A DNA stretch of 64,000 nt from sequence record OR887633. The stretch is one strand, 5' to 3'. Origin of the DNA: Shigella phage vb_GEC_SH_GT. This document shows, piece after piece, positions 10,533 through 19,455 of the stretch; the first letter of the stretch is position 1; each line of letters opens with the position of its first letter. The notes under the pieces are model-generated. The model did not search any database, had not been told where the DNA came from, and was given only the letters and a program-made list of their open reading frames with translations. Both the position numbers and the translations under genes were made by a program.

Positions 10533-10733
10533 ATGGTACAAAAATTAATGGCACTTGTTAATGCCATCAAAGGTAATAAGAAACGTATAGCTTTTACTAT
10601 TTCTGCTATGATAGGAATTTTACTTTGGAATTTTGTTTTATCGCCAGTTGCTATTGCTCATGGCGTTAGTATTCCAGTAGTTACTCTTGATACATTCGTA
10701 GATTTAGCATTTGCTTTAGTTGGGTTAATTTAA
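10533..10733 (+). CDS. small hydrophobic membrane protein (66 aa), plus strand
   Basis: Strong SD AAAGGAGGA 7 nt before ATG; two predicted TM segments; lies in the dam-61 intergenic gap, opposite to flanking genes. Confidence 0.4.
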   Translation: MVQKLMALVNAIKGNKKRIAFTISAMIGILLWNFVLSPVAIAHGVSIPVVTLDTFVDLAFALVGLI

Positions 10734-11758
10734 ATCTTAGCATATTTAGATAGCCGCATTTTAGCCATTAACCCCTGGGCAATATTATTTTTCATATATT
10801 CCATAATTTGTTCAGGGGTTGCACCTTCCTTTCTAATCATATCATTAACATCTTTTGATTTCCAGGGAGATTTATCCCAAAACATAACCCTTTCTCCTGC
10901 ATCAACTAATTTAGTCATTCGTTTAATAGTGTCAGGGTGACGAGGTTCATTATCTAAAACCCACACTCGTCTATCTTTAAATGGAACAACTTCTAGGTCT
11001 AATTGACCACCCGTAATAGCTATACCATTTTCAATAAAAAGTGAATCTATAGGTCCTTCTAGAACATATACATCACCATCTTTAACTCGTTCGACTCCAT
11101 AGATTTTTGTTGCTTCAGGATAAGCTTTGATGGTGATATATTTTTGAGGAGCATCTTTCTTTAATGCGCGTCCTTGAAAAGACTCAGCTTTTCCATTAGC
11201 ATTATAAATTGGAATAACAAGACGAGGCTCGGGTATTTCCTTTTTATATGTTCCTGGTGCTATACTATTAACTAATTTAGGCCATTCAGTTGTAAACCAA
11301 AGATATTTCCATTTATCCTTTGGAATACAACGAGCTTTTACGTATTTTATAATTGGATGGTCTTCCGCCAGTTTATCCAATCTAATGCATGACGGAAGAG
11401 ATTTAATTATTTTCTTCTCGGGTTGTTTAGGAAGTTCTTTAGGTTTTTCTACTGGACGACTTTTACCTTTTTCTTTTCTTATTTCAAAGATATACTCACG
11501 ATATAAATCAGGTTCAAACTCCTTTAAATATATTCCGATTGGTGCATGATAGTTACAGTTATAACAATGAATATTTCCTTCATTATTATCACCATAATAC
11601 CATCCACGGGCTTTATTTTGGTCGGTTTTTGAATCTCCACAAACAGGGCATCTAAACCGTAATTTAAAAGTTGAACTATTATTTACTTGTGTGAATTTAG
11701 GTAAATGAGCTAATGCACGATATGCAAACTCATTATCAATCCAAGGTATTGATGACAT
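10730..11758 (-). CDS. 61: DNA primase gp61
   Basis: 342 aa; N-terminal Zn ribbon CPVCGDS...CYNC; T4 gp61 length and position. Confidence 0.9.
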   Translation of the reverse strand: MSSIPWIDNEFAYRALAHLPKFTQVNNSSTFKLRFRCPVCGDSKTDQNKARGWYYGDNNEGNIHCYNCNYHAPIGIYLKEFEPDLYREYIFEIRKEKGKSRPVEKPKELPKQPEKKIIKSLPSCIRLDKLAEDHPIIKYVKARCIPKDKWKYLWFTTEWPKLVNSIAPGTYKKEIPEPRLVIPIYNANGKAESFQGRALKKDAPQKYITIKAYPEATKIYGVERVKDGDVYVLEGPIDSLFIENGIAITGGQLDLEVVPFKDRRVWVLDNEPRHPDTIKRMTKLVDAGERVMFWDKSPWKSKDVNDMIRKEGATPEQIMEYMKNNIAQGLMAKMRLSKYAKI

Positions 11759-11761
11759 TTT

Positions 11762-11926
11762 TACTCTTCTTTTTCTTTAGATTCCTCTTTTTTCTTTTTA
11801 GGAATCTGTTCAGGACCTTTATTTACTACAGCGCCTGACGTTGTTCCAGTAGAGATATTTTCAGGATTACCACCTGAATCTCCAGCGACCATATCTTCTT
11901 TAATAAATTCTTTATATGTTTTCATA
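11762..11926 (-). CDS. small hypothetical protein (54 aa, 61.1 position)
   Basis: Hand-translated ORF MKTYKEFIKEDMVAGDSGG...KKKEESKEKEE filling the gap after gene 61; below ORF-track size cutoff. Confidence 0.35.
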
Positions 11927-12283
11927 TTAACCTCTATTCATAAAAGCATTAAAAATTTGGTCATCAATTGATGGAACAGCAACCTTTTCTACATCATTTA
12001 ACAAATCATTAATTTCATCAGATAGCATAACGCATGTACCTTTATTTCCTGTAATTGTTACTGCGCAATTACGAACGTTTTCTTTATCAAATTTTAGGTT
12101 AATATTTTCGTAGTGAAAATCCTTTAATGCCGAATATATTTTTAAAATGAAATTGTCTTTTACTACAATAAACCCAACCTCACTATTAAAACGAGGTTCA
12201 TGGAAGCTGTAATAAACCTTTTCATCTATAAAATCGTATGAAATTTTTTCCATTTTTAAATATGAAAATTCAGAACTATACAT
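11927..12283 (-). CDS. hypothetical protein (118 aa, 61.2 position)
   Basis: ORF between 61.1 and sp; no motif. Confidence 0.5.
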   Translation of the reverse strand: MYSSEFSYLKMEKISYDFIDEKVYYSFHEPRFNSEVGFIVVKDNFILKIYSALKDFHYENINLKFDKENVRNCAVTITGNKGTCVMLSDEINDLLNDVEKVAVPSIDDQIFNAFMNRG

Positions 12284-12295
12284 ATTAACCTCTAA

Positions 12296-12589
12296 TTACT
12301 CACCTACCACTTCAGCGATGATATTTTTATTATTAAAGTTTTTATCGCAATACAAAACGTAATTATACTGCATTACACCACCAGACTTAAGCTGTTTTTG
12401 CACTTCAGCTTTCATTTCAGGACGATCACGCTCAACGATATTCATAATATCTGCTTCAATTTGAGTTTCAACTTCAGTCTGATCTGCAGTCATAGACCAT
12501 TCACACAAGTCTTTATCATAACCCGCCATAGCAGGCTGAGCAGCGCAAGAAGATAAAGCAAAAATTGCAGCAAAGATAAATTTTTTCAT
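12296..12589 (-). CDS. sp: Spackle-like periplasmic protein (superinfection exclusion, lysozyme inhibitor)
   Basis: 97 aa; cleavable signal peptide MKKFIFAAIFALSSCAAQPAMA; size and position as T4 sp (61.3). Confidence 0.75.
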   Translation of the reverse strand: MKKFIFAAIFALSSCAAQPAMAGYDKDLCEWSMTADQTEVETQIEADIMNIVERDRPEMKAEVQKQLKSGGVMQYNYVLYCDKNFNNKNIIAEVVGE

Positions 12590-12694
12590 GATAATCTCCT
12601 CAGTAGTTTATGTTTATATAGTATCTCAATTTTCAACAAAAGTAAACACTAGTAGAAGCAAACAGACAAATTGCAATAATTGGTGATTTCAGTT

Positions 12695-12877
12695 TCATTC
12701 TTCTCCTCCTTCATGTTGATGAACATATTCTTTTTCAAGTCTAGAGCACAAGTTTTCATATTCAACTAATAAGAGTGAATCAAGTGCGTTATTTCTATGC
12801 TGACACCGTTCTTGTAAAGAATCCATCTCTGAACGTTGTTCTTGTGTTAATAATTGATAACCTGATACTTTAGACAT
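12695..12877 (-). CDS. hypothetical protein (60 aa)
   Basis: Track ORF begins at TTG (MENKM artefact); trimmed to ATG after SD; own early promoter 12911..12942. Confidence 0.45.
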   Translation of the reverse strand: MSKVSGYQLLTQEQRSEMDSLQERCQHRNNALDSLLLVEYENLCSRLEKEYVHQHEGGEE

Positions 12878-12910
12878 TTTGTTCTCCATTTACTCGTTTG
12901 TTTTGATAGG

Positions 12911-12942
12911 TCTATAATAACATGTTTAAAACAAAAGTAAAC
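12911..12942 (-). promoter_or_regulatory. T4-type early promoter
   Basis: Minus strand GTTTAC, spacer, TATTATAG. Confidence 0.5.
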
Positions 12943-13196
12943 TATTTTATTTCCTCAAGTTCGTTAATCAATAAAAGTTCTCTGACACTAAAAACAAAGA
13001 AAAATGTGTTCCCATCAACCAGAGCATGACCGCTAATAGAACACCCTCTGCGGAATTTAGAAACTTCACAATCTAGAACTGTAAAGGGTTTTAATCCTAT
13101 GACTTTAGCTGTGCGTCTATTCAGTTCACAACCACTTGCGAATTTTTCCAAATCTTCTTCTGATTTAAACTGATATTCTCTATTAACTAGCATCAT
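12942..13196 (-). CDS. hypothetical protein (84 aa)
   Basis: Own early promoter 13227..13258; no motif. Confidence 0.45.
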   Translation of the reverse strand: MMLVNREYQFKSEEDLEKFASGCELNRRTAKVIGLKPFTVLDCEVSKFRRGCSISGHALVDGNTFFFVFSVRELLLINELEEIK

Positions 13197-13226
13197 TTTC
13201 TTTTCTCCGCGATTAGCTGATAGAAT

Positions 13227-13258
13227 TACTATAACACAACTCTATCAGCTTGTAAACT
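13227..13258 (-). promoter_or_regulatory. T4-type early promoter
   Basis: Minus strand GTTTAC...GTTATAGTA. Confidence 0.5.
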
Positions 13259-13259
13259 A

Positions 13260-13544
13260 CTATTTTACTAGCACCAATAACTGTTTCTCTAACTTGACGA
13301 TTTTACGAAAGTATCTTTTGCATTGGCGAATCTGTCGCTTCGTAGGGCGCACAGCAAACTTAATAAATTCCACTCGACCAAATGGAGGACTTTCTTCTGC
13401 TGGAATATCTAACACCAATTCCCACGTATCTGCAACAAGTGCTTTGAATTGAGTATTTTTCCTGACATTATACGGAGTAGGTTTAAATAAAACAATGTGC
13501 ATATTATCCTCGGCAATCCACTTCGCATACTTTCTTGTCATCAA
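13260..13544 (-). CDS. hypothetical basic protein (94 aa)
   Basis: ORF downstream of dmd, overlapping it by 41 nt (start may be further in). Confidence 0.4.
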   Translation of the reverse strand: MMTRKYAKWIAEDNMHIVLFKPTPYNVRKNTQFKALVADTWELVLDIPAEESPPFGRVEFIKFAVRPTKRQIRQCKRYFRKIVKLEKQLLVLVK

Positions 13545-13686
13545 TGAAAGCTTTAACTAGTGCTTTATTAACTTCAGCATATTGAGTAGTAGCCCATTGA
13601 ACGTCATCTTTCATCATTGTGATTTCTTTAGTAAACATGCTTTCATTCTTAAACCACCCCATAAAAACTACCTTTACCAATTCCAT
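13504..13686 (-). CDS. dmd: Dmd (antitoxin against RnlA/LsoA RNases)
   Basis: 60 aa MELVKVVFMGWFKNESMF...; size and position immediately downstream of gene 41 as T4 dmd (61.5). Confidence 0.85.
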   Translation of the reverse strand: MELVKVVFMGWFKNESMFTKEITMMKDDVQWATTQYAEVNKALVKAFIDDKKVCEVDCRG

Positions 13687-13714
13687 AACAATCTCCCCAT
13701 TTAACCAACAAGAC

Positions 13715-13745
13715 TACTATACCATAGTCTTGTCAGCTTGTAAAC
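13715..13745 (-). promoter_or_regulatory. T4-type early promoter upstream of dmd
   Basis: Minus strand GTTTACAAGCTGACAAGACTATGGTATAGTAG. Confidence 0.6.
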
Positions 13746-15172
13746 TAAAATTTTAATTCATTTGCCAAAGCATCTAACTGAGCTCGAGCCGATTCATTTC
13801 TTTGATAGCGATTCTGCTCAGCTTGAATCTGCTGTGAACCTGCCACTTCGTTCACTTCAGTTGGAGTAGAATCTTGTTCAATTTCTACCCATTTCTGATT
13901 TCCTTTTTGAACACCCATCAAAAACTTATTCCATTTATTCTTATCACCATATCGTGATTTGATTTGCTTAATTAGTTGTTGTTCAGCAGCTGCTAACTCC
14001 TCGGTTTCAATGACCGCAAGCATAAAATCGGCTGTTGCTGGAAGACCGGCAGATTCTGCAATATCGCTCATGTTAACATCAGAAGAATCCCAAGCTTGCT
14101 TACCAACCTGTGCTGCAGTCCAAAGAACAGTTTCGGTTTCAACAGCCAGAGCACGCAATTCTTCTGCGATGGCTTTAACAGTTGTGTAACTATTTTCCGA
14201 ATAAACTCTGATGCGGCAAGATTTACAAATACCCAGATAGTCAACAATAATGATTGTTGGAACAAAATTCTTCTTGAGCTTCAATTCGTTTAAAAGAGAT
14301 CGAAATGTATTAGCGTCTGCTCCACCAGTAGGATACTGTTTAACGATTAAACGACCGAGAGTAGATTTCTCACGCCATTTTTCCATTTTTCCTTTATACT
14401 CAGCATAAGAAATATGCCCATCATCAATGTCATCAAGAGAAACATCAAGCATATTAGCATCAATACGCTTAGCACAAACTTCTTCTGCCATTTCCATGGA
14501 AATGTAAAGAACATTATGTCCGAGCTGCAAATAATCTGCTGCCAATGAACACAGACCTAATGACTTACCAACGTTAACACCAGCCATTAAAACGTTCAGT
14601 GTTCCAGTTTCAGCTCCGCCTTTAGTAATTTTATTTAGAATTTTGAGTTTAAATGGAACCTTACGAGCTTTATTCATATAAGATAGCCAACGTGCTTCGT
14701 AGTCATCCATCCAATCATGACCAACGTAGCTATCAAATGAAATTGATAATGCTTGGCGCATGATGTCAGGAATAGCACCTACATCTGGCATTTTCTTATT
14801 TCGTTTTTCCGGAGGAAGCTCAGCATTAGTTTGAATTTCAATTATTTTAGATGTGGCGTTAAACATCGCCCTTTGCTGAACATATTTTTCTGTTTCTTTT
14901 ACTAACCAGCTGTGGTCTTCCGGAGAATCGGTTAGTTTTGAAATAAGTGTTTTTACACCAGAATATTCTGTTTCAGTAAATGAACTATTTTCTAATGCAA
15001 CATTTAACGCATTAATAGATGGAACGCTATGATACTCGTTAACATGAGATTTAATTAATTTGAATGTATTTTTAGCTGGACCACTTTCAAAATATTCTGA
15101 ATCCATATATGGCCAAACTTTTGAAAAATAAGCTTGATCAAATATGAGATGAGAAAGAATAATTTCTACCAC
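13745..15172 (-). CDS. 41: replicative DNA helicase gp41 (DnaB family)
   Basis: 475 aa; Walker A GVNVGKS, DnaB-like C-terminal domain. Confidence 0.95.
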   Translation of the reverse strand: MVEIILSHLIFDQAYFSKVWPYMDSEYFESGPAKNTFKLIKSHVNEYHSVPSINALNVALENSSFTETEYSGVKTLISKLTDSPEDHSWLVKETEKYVQQRAMFNATSKIIEIQTNAELPPEKRNKKMPDVGAIPDIMRQALSISFDSYVGHDWMDDYEARWLSYMNKARKVPFKLKILNKITKGGAETGTLNVLMAGVNVGKSLGLCSLAADYLQLGHNVLYISMEMAEEVCAKRIDANMLDVSLDDIDDGHISYAEYKGKMEKWREKSTLGRLIVKQYPTGGADANTFRSLLNELKLKKNFVPTIIIVDYLGICKSCRIRVYSENSYTTVKAIAEELRALAVETETVLWTAAQVGKQAWDSSDVNMSDIAESAGLPATADFMLAVIETEELAAAEQQLIKQIKSRYGDKNKWNKFLMGVQKGNQKWVEIEQDSTPTEVNEVAGSQQIQAEQNRYQRNESARAQLDALANELKF

Positions 15173-15181
15173 ACTTACTCC

Positions 15182-15544
15182 TTAAAAGAATTTAAATTTT
15201 TTCTTTGACCTTTTATTAAATGCATCTTGTAGTTGCATTGTAATACATTTTTCTACATGAGGAGCTAACTCAGCTTTTCTTTCTTGGTCAAGAACAGCAA
15301 AGTCCATTACGACTTTTCCATCAACCCAATCTAATTTTGTCACATACACAATGTGTGTAGAACCGTCTTCTAGTTTAATGACAATCTCCTGGATAACATT
15401 TTCCATGGCAGATTTAATTATCTTAAGAGATTCATTAAAAAGACGTTCTTTTCTTTCTTCTTCCCCCTCCGAAGAGGGGGATTCGTCGATAATTTCTAGA
15501 TCTAAATCTAAATCATCTTTATTCATTAAATTCTTCCATATCAC
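15182..15544 (-). CDS. 40: gp40-like protein (head vertex assembly chaperone position)
   Basis: 120 aa acidic protein between uvsX and 41; assigned by synteny. Confidence 0.6.
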   Translation of the reverse strand: MIWKNLMNKDDLDLDLEIIDESPSSEGEEERKERLFNESLKIIKSAMENVIQEIVIKLEDGSTHIVYVTKLDWVDGKVVMDFAVLDQERKAELAPHVEKCITMQLQDAFNKRSKKKFKFF

Positions 15545-16700
15545 TTAACTGATCTAGGTCAGTTTCTAAATCAGCCGCTGATTTACTTTTACTTTCTGGA
15601 GATTTAAATTTTTCAACCTTTGAGTTAATCAATTCATCAACTTCAGCTTCAACAATTTCATTACTATCAATAGCACCTAACTGATAAGCACGTTTAATAG
15701 CATCTCGGAATGGCTGATGCTTAAATAAAGGACCCCAGAATGTAGTGCAATTGGTATCTTTTGCACGCCAAGATTTTTCTTCGCGAATCATCTCACCGGT
15801 TTCTTCATCAAGAAATTCACGAGCATACCAACCATTTTTAGGTTTTACCACAAATCCTAATTCAAGAGCCATATCTAACAATCCAGAATAAGGATCGATA
15901 CCACCGTCAAATTTAACATCAATAAAGAATTTACTTTTTTCTTTGACGGTACGAGATTTTTCTACATTTAGAACAAATTGATACCCCTGAAGATCAGAAC
16001 CATCTTTAATCTGGCGCTTACCGATAATGAATACAGTATCAGCCGAATACATTACGCCTGTACCACCTGTCATCACGGTTTTACTAAACATTTCAATTGT
16101 TTCAATTGTATGGTTAACCGCAACACATGGAATGTTTTTAATACTAAAATAAGGAGTAACAATACGGAATAATGACTTCAGCGATTTAGCACGAGTCATA
16201 TCTGCCACAGATTTTTCATTCAAGGCATCTTCCGTTTCTTTCTTAGAAGCCATATTACCGATTGAGTCGATGAATACAATAACCTTTTCACCACGCTCAA
16301 TAGCTTCAAGCTGATTCACCATATCAATTTTCAGCTGTTCAACTGACTGGATTGGTGTATGAATTACTCGTTCCGGGTCAACTCCCATAGATCGCAAATA
16401 AGCTGGAGTAATACCAAATTCGCTATCATAGAATAAACAAACCGCATCAGGATATTTGTTCAAATACGCCGCAACCATAGTCAAAGACATATTTGATTTA
16501 AAGTGTTTAGAAGGACCTGCAAAAATGGTTAAACCAGACTGCATACCACCGTCAATCGCGCCGGAAATAGCGATATTGAGCATTGGAATTTTTGTACGAA
16601 TTACATCCTTTTCGTTAAAGAATTTAGATGTAGTCAGTTCAGCAGTCATTTTAGAAGTGGAAGCTTTAATCAAACGGGATTTTAAATCTGCAATAGACAT
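15519..16700 (-). CDS. uvsX: UvsX recombinase (RecA/Rad51 family)
   Basis: 393 aa; Walker A GPSKHFKS, RecA core, acidic C-terminus. Confidence 0.95.
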   Translation of the reverse strand: MSIADLKSRLIKASTSKMTAELTTSKFFNEKDVIRTKIPMLNIAISGAIDGGMQSGLTIFAGPSKHFKSNMSLTMVAAYLNKYPDAVCLFYDSEFGITPAYLRSMGVDPERVIHTPIQSVEQLKIDMVNQLEAIERGEKVIVFIDSIGNMASKKETEDALNEKSVADMTRAKSLKSLFRIVTPYFSIKNIPCVAVNHTIETIEMFSKTVMTGGTGVMYSADTVFIIGKRQIKDGSDLQGYQFVLNVEKSRTVKEKSKFFIDVKFDGGIDPYSGLLDMALELGFVVKPKNGWYAREFLDEETGEMIREEKSWRAKDTNCTTFWGPLFKHQPFRDAIKRAYQLGAIDSNEIVEAEVDELINSKVEKFKSPESKSKSAADLETDLDQLSDMEEFNE

Positions 16701-16777
16701 TCATTTTTTCCATAGGCATCATTATATTTTCCTCACTGGTTAAAGATAGAGTAATTATAACACAATAAATTTAGGCA

Positions 16778-17626
16778 TTAATCAACTGCTATTGGATGAA
16801 TAGCATTAAACTTATGAAACGCTTCTGATTTTTCTTTGCGCGAAACACACATGCGAAGAACCTTTAATGGCTCGTCTTCTTCACCTAATGATTTTCGTTT
16901 TTCAATATTAGAAGTTTTCCAACGAGCTTGCTCTGGAAATTCTCTATTGATTTGCTCAAGAGCTCTATTATGTTTTGAATTACTACGAATTGAACTACAT
17001 CCACCCGGAGCCTGCGCTTTTCCAGACACAACCAGATATTTGAACAAGGCCAAATGCGGATAACCTTGATTAATTAAATTGAGAAATGCATACATATCTT
17101 CGCATAAATCAATTTTTCCATACCCAATTTGTTCTGTTGTAAGTTTTCCAAGGTCATACCATGTATTCGTGAATCCATATGAATTTTCACGATAATTACC
17201 CCAAGATGAAGTAATTTTAAAAATTGGTAAACGAGCATGACCATGATAATACCCGCAATCCATGGCATCTTCAACGTATTGAATCAATTCATAGAACTGT
17301 TCACCAGTTAACTGATTAATTTTATCTACGCAGCGACGATCATCTTTCTTTCGCATTGAACTCATACGAATAGTAGTATCATCATCAATCATCCAAATTC
17401 GCTGACCTGCATACATATCAGTAATCGCTTTACGAGTACCAGCAATTCCATTGACATCATCAGGAATAGTTATAATTTTAGCTCTAGACCCATAAGCATC
17501 ATAATAAGCTTTTTCTTCGTGTTCACGTACTACAATATGTGGTTCATAATCAGATGGAAACATATCAAGGGCAGAAACTGCCCCTACGCGTTGATAGCTT
17601 GGAATTACAAATTGAATCATTTCCAC
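16778..17626 (-). CDS. putative glycosyltransferase (GT-A/GT2-like) at the beta-gt locus
   Basis: 282 aa; N-terminal VIPSYQR and hydrophobic-DDD motif (WMIDDDTT); unlike T4 beta-gt; between uvsX and 42. Confidence 0.55.
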   Translation of the reverse strand: MEMIQFVIPSYQRVGAVSALDMFPSDYEPHIVVREHEEKAYYDAYGSRAKIITIPDDVNGIAGTRKAITDMYAGQRIWMIDDDTTIRMSSMRKKDDRRCVDKINQLTGEQFYELIQYVEDAMDCGYYHGHARLPIFKITSSWGNYRENSYGFTNTWYDLGKLTTEQIGYGKIDLCEDMYAFLNLINQGYPHLALFKYLVVSGKAQAPGGCSSIRSNSKHNRALEQINREFPEQARWKTSNIEKRKSLGEEDEPLKVLRMCVSRKEKSEAFHKFNAIHPIAVD

Positions 17627-18357
17627 TCACCGTTATAATCTTTTTTCGCAATATGAGTTTCGCCAGTTTTCCACCAATGGTCAACCAAATAAAAATGACG
17701 AGAATACACATGAAGGCTTCCGACATTCCATATAATGGAACCTGCTTTATACTGACGAGTTGAATCACCTGCATTCAAATCAGATACTAATTTATCTAGT
17801 ACGTATTTTTGCCATGCATAATCATTACGGAATCCGAAGACCACGTCATTTGAACGCATGTTTACTACTGCATTGACTTTCTTGTCACGAATCAGGTACT
17901 GTACTGTATTCGTACACATGAAATCTGACATACCATCTTTGTTGTAGTCAAACTGCATGGATGGACGAGTATAAATCATGATACCACGTCGAGAATCAGG
18001 ATTTTGACCAAGTTCAGCTAAACACATATCATACTGAGCATAGTTATCTTCTGACCAGATGGCCCAACCATAATTTGAGTTAATTTCGCCTTTAGAAGAT
18101 GCTACCTGCTGCCAAATCTTGGGTGTTTCACCTGGAATATCTTTAACAAACAGACTTTGAGACTTATACCATTCAAGTTCACGCTGAATGTATTCATCAT
18201 TAAGAGCGCCAAAAATAAAATGTTCATCTGCTACAAATGATGCACCAATAATTTCAATAGTTTTAACACCGGTTTTATCAATTACGAAATCTTTTTCCTT
18301 TAATGCAAGACCCAAATCAAGACGGATTTCTTCAACTGTCATATAATCGTTAATCAT
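17617..18357 (-). CDS. 42: dCMP hydroxymethylase gp42
   Basis: 246 aa; thymidylate-synthase-like fold signature; T4 gp42 length. Confidence 0.9.
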   Translation of the reverse strand: MINDYMTVEEIRLDLGLALKEKDFVIDKTGVKTIEIIGASFVADEHFIFGALNDEYIQRELEWYKSQSLFVKDIPGETPKIWQQVASSKGEINSNYGWAIWSEDNYAQYDMCLAELGQNPDSRRGIMIYTRPSMQFDYNKDGMSDFMCTNTVQYLIRDKKVNAVVNMRSNDVVFGFRNDYAWQKYVLDKLVSDLNAGDSTRQYKAGSIIWNVGSLHVYSRHFYLVDHWWKTGETHIAKKDYNGEWK

Positions 18358-18364
18358 TTAAACC

Positions 18365-18514
18365 TCAATTGATGCATTCATATTTAATTTGTAACAGTAA
18401 TAAACTCCAACCTATAATAAGTGGCGGAATCATAAGAGGAACTGTTACGCTATAGTATATACTTATTATAATCATCAAGATTAAAAGCAATACTGCTAAA
18501 ATTTTGCTTTTCAT
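18365..18514 (-). CDS. small hydrophobic membrane peptide (49 aa)
   Basis: Hand-translated MKSKILAVLLLILMIIISIYYSVTVPLMIPPLIIGWSLLLLQIKYECIN; ATG overlaps imm stop (ATGA); SD GAGAAGGA. Confidence 0.4.
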   Translation of the reverse strand: MKSKILAVLLLILMIIISIYYSVTVPLMIPPLIIGWSLLLLQIKYECIN

Positions 18515-18762
18515 TCCTTCTCTCTGATGATAATTACTTGATTTTGCTGTACAGATTTTTTAGTTTCACCCGCAATTGACCAAATAAATGTAATAAACCA
18601 ACCAATGATTGACCAGTTAAACAGTAAAGATGTGAAAAAGATTCCTACTGTCGATTTTGACCCACGCATCAAGGCGATGAACCATGGAAGCATGTATATA
18701 ATAATAGCCAACACGCCTGAAACTAAAACCATAAAAATTGAACCTGCTACTAAAGTTTCCAT
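18511..18762 (-). CDS. imm: Imm (immunity to superinfection) membrane protein
   Basis: 83 aa, two TM helices; size and position next to 42. Confidence 0.85.
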   Translation of the reverse strand: METLVAGSIFMVLVSGVLAIIIYMLPWFIALMRGSKSTVGIFFTSLLFNWSIIGWFITFIWSIAGETKKSVQQNQVIIIREKE

Positions 18763-18769
18763 GTTTTCC

Positions 18770-19150
18770 TCACTTAGTCAAATTTTTTACACATGAATTA
18801 TAAGAATTCACTACATACTCCATCGGAGCATTTTTACCAGTACGCCATTGGTAATTATTAGCCCAATTTGCCCAAAGTTCAGCGCAGTAGCTTTCAATTT
18901 TTTCTTCGCGTGTAATTACATCTGAATTACGATATGCTTGGGCAGATTCATCTGGACGAATAGCTTCGTCAAAATTCGCCTGCATTTGTTCTACTGTCTG
19001 TTTTGGAGCCTCTTTATAGCACTTGACGTTAGGATTATAAAATTTGCTTGAACAGTTTACAATTTTTCCTACATCAGACTGATTTACTACCGGTCCTTGA
19101 GCTACACACCCAGTAAGACCCAATGCAATAACCAAAATAGCGATTTTCAT
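18770..19150 (-). CDS. putative lipoprotein (126 aa)
   Basis: Signal peptide with lipobox LGLTGC; several Cys in mature part. Confidence 0.6.
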   Translation of the reverse strand: MKIAILVIALGLTGCVAQGPVVNQSDVGKIVNCSSKFYNPNVKCYKEAPKQTVEQMQANFDEAIRPDESAQAYRNSDVITREEKIESYCAELWANWANNYQWRTGKNAPMEYVVNSYNSCVKNLTK

Positions 19151-19160
19151 AACAATTTCC

Positions 19161-19391
19161 TCAAATACAAGTAGTAATTACTCCAGTAGTGCTTACACAG
19201 GTATTACCTAATTGAACACCCAACGTTCCATTAGTATTCATATGAAGATTATCATCAATTTTTGTTGATACTTTACCATTCATGTGAATAACAGTATTAG
19301 ATTCAATCACATTCTGAGTGCCATTTTCAATAAATGGAACAGTTGCTAATGCAACTAAACACACTGCTAAACATCCATAAACAATTTTCAT
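19161..19391 (-). CDS. small secreted protein (76 aa)
   Basis: Start trimmed from TTG artefact to MKIVYGCLAVCLVALATVPF signal peptide; early promoter 19424..19455. Confidence 0.5.
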   Translation of the reverse strand: MKIVYGCLAVCLVALATVPFIENGTQNVIESNTVIHMNGKVSTKIDDNLHMNTNGTLGVQLGNTCVSTTGVITTCI

Positions 19392-19423
19392 TTTATTCTC
19401 CAAATCCGTATCAGTTGATAGTT

Positions 19424-19455
19424 ATATAGTACCACGGAAGAACAGGGATGTAAAC
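19424..19455 (-). promoter_or_regulatory. T4-type early promoter (repeated cassette copy)
   Basis: Minus strand GTTTACATCCCTGTTCTTCCGTGGTACTATATAAC followed by conserved leader. Confidence 0.6.

Noticed and set aside
19392-19403. N-terminal MENKM extensions on ORFs 19161..19403, 45263..46243, 61253..61528 and 12695..12889
   Set aside because: These arise from a TTG in the conserved leader (tttGGAGAATAAAATG). The GGAG is the SD and the real start is the following ATG, so starts were trimmed.
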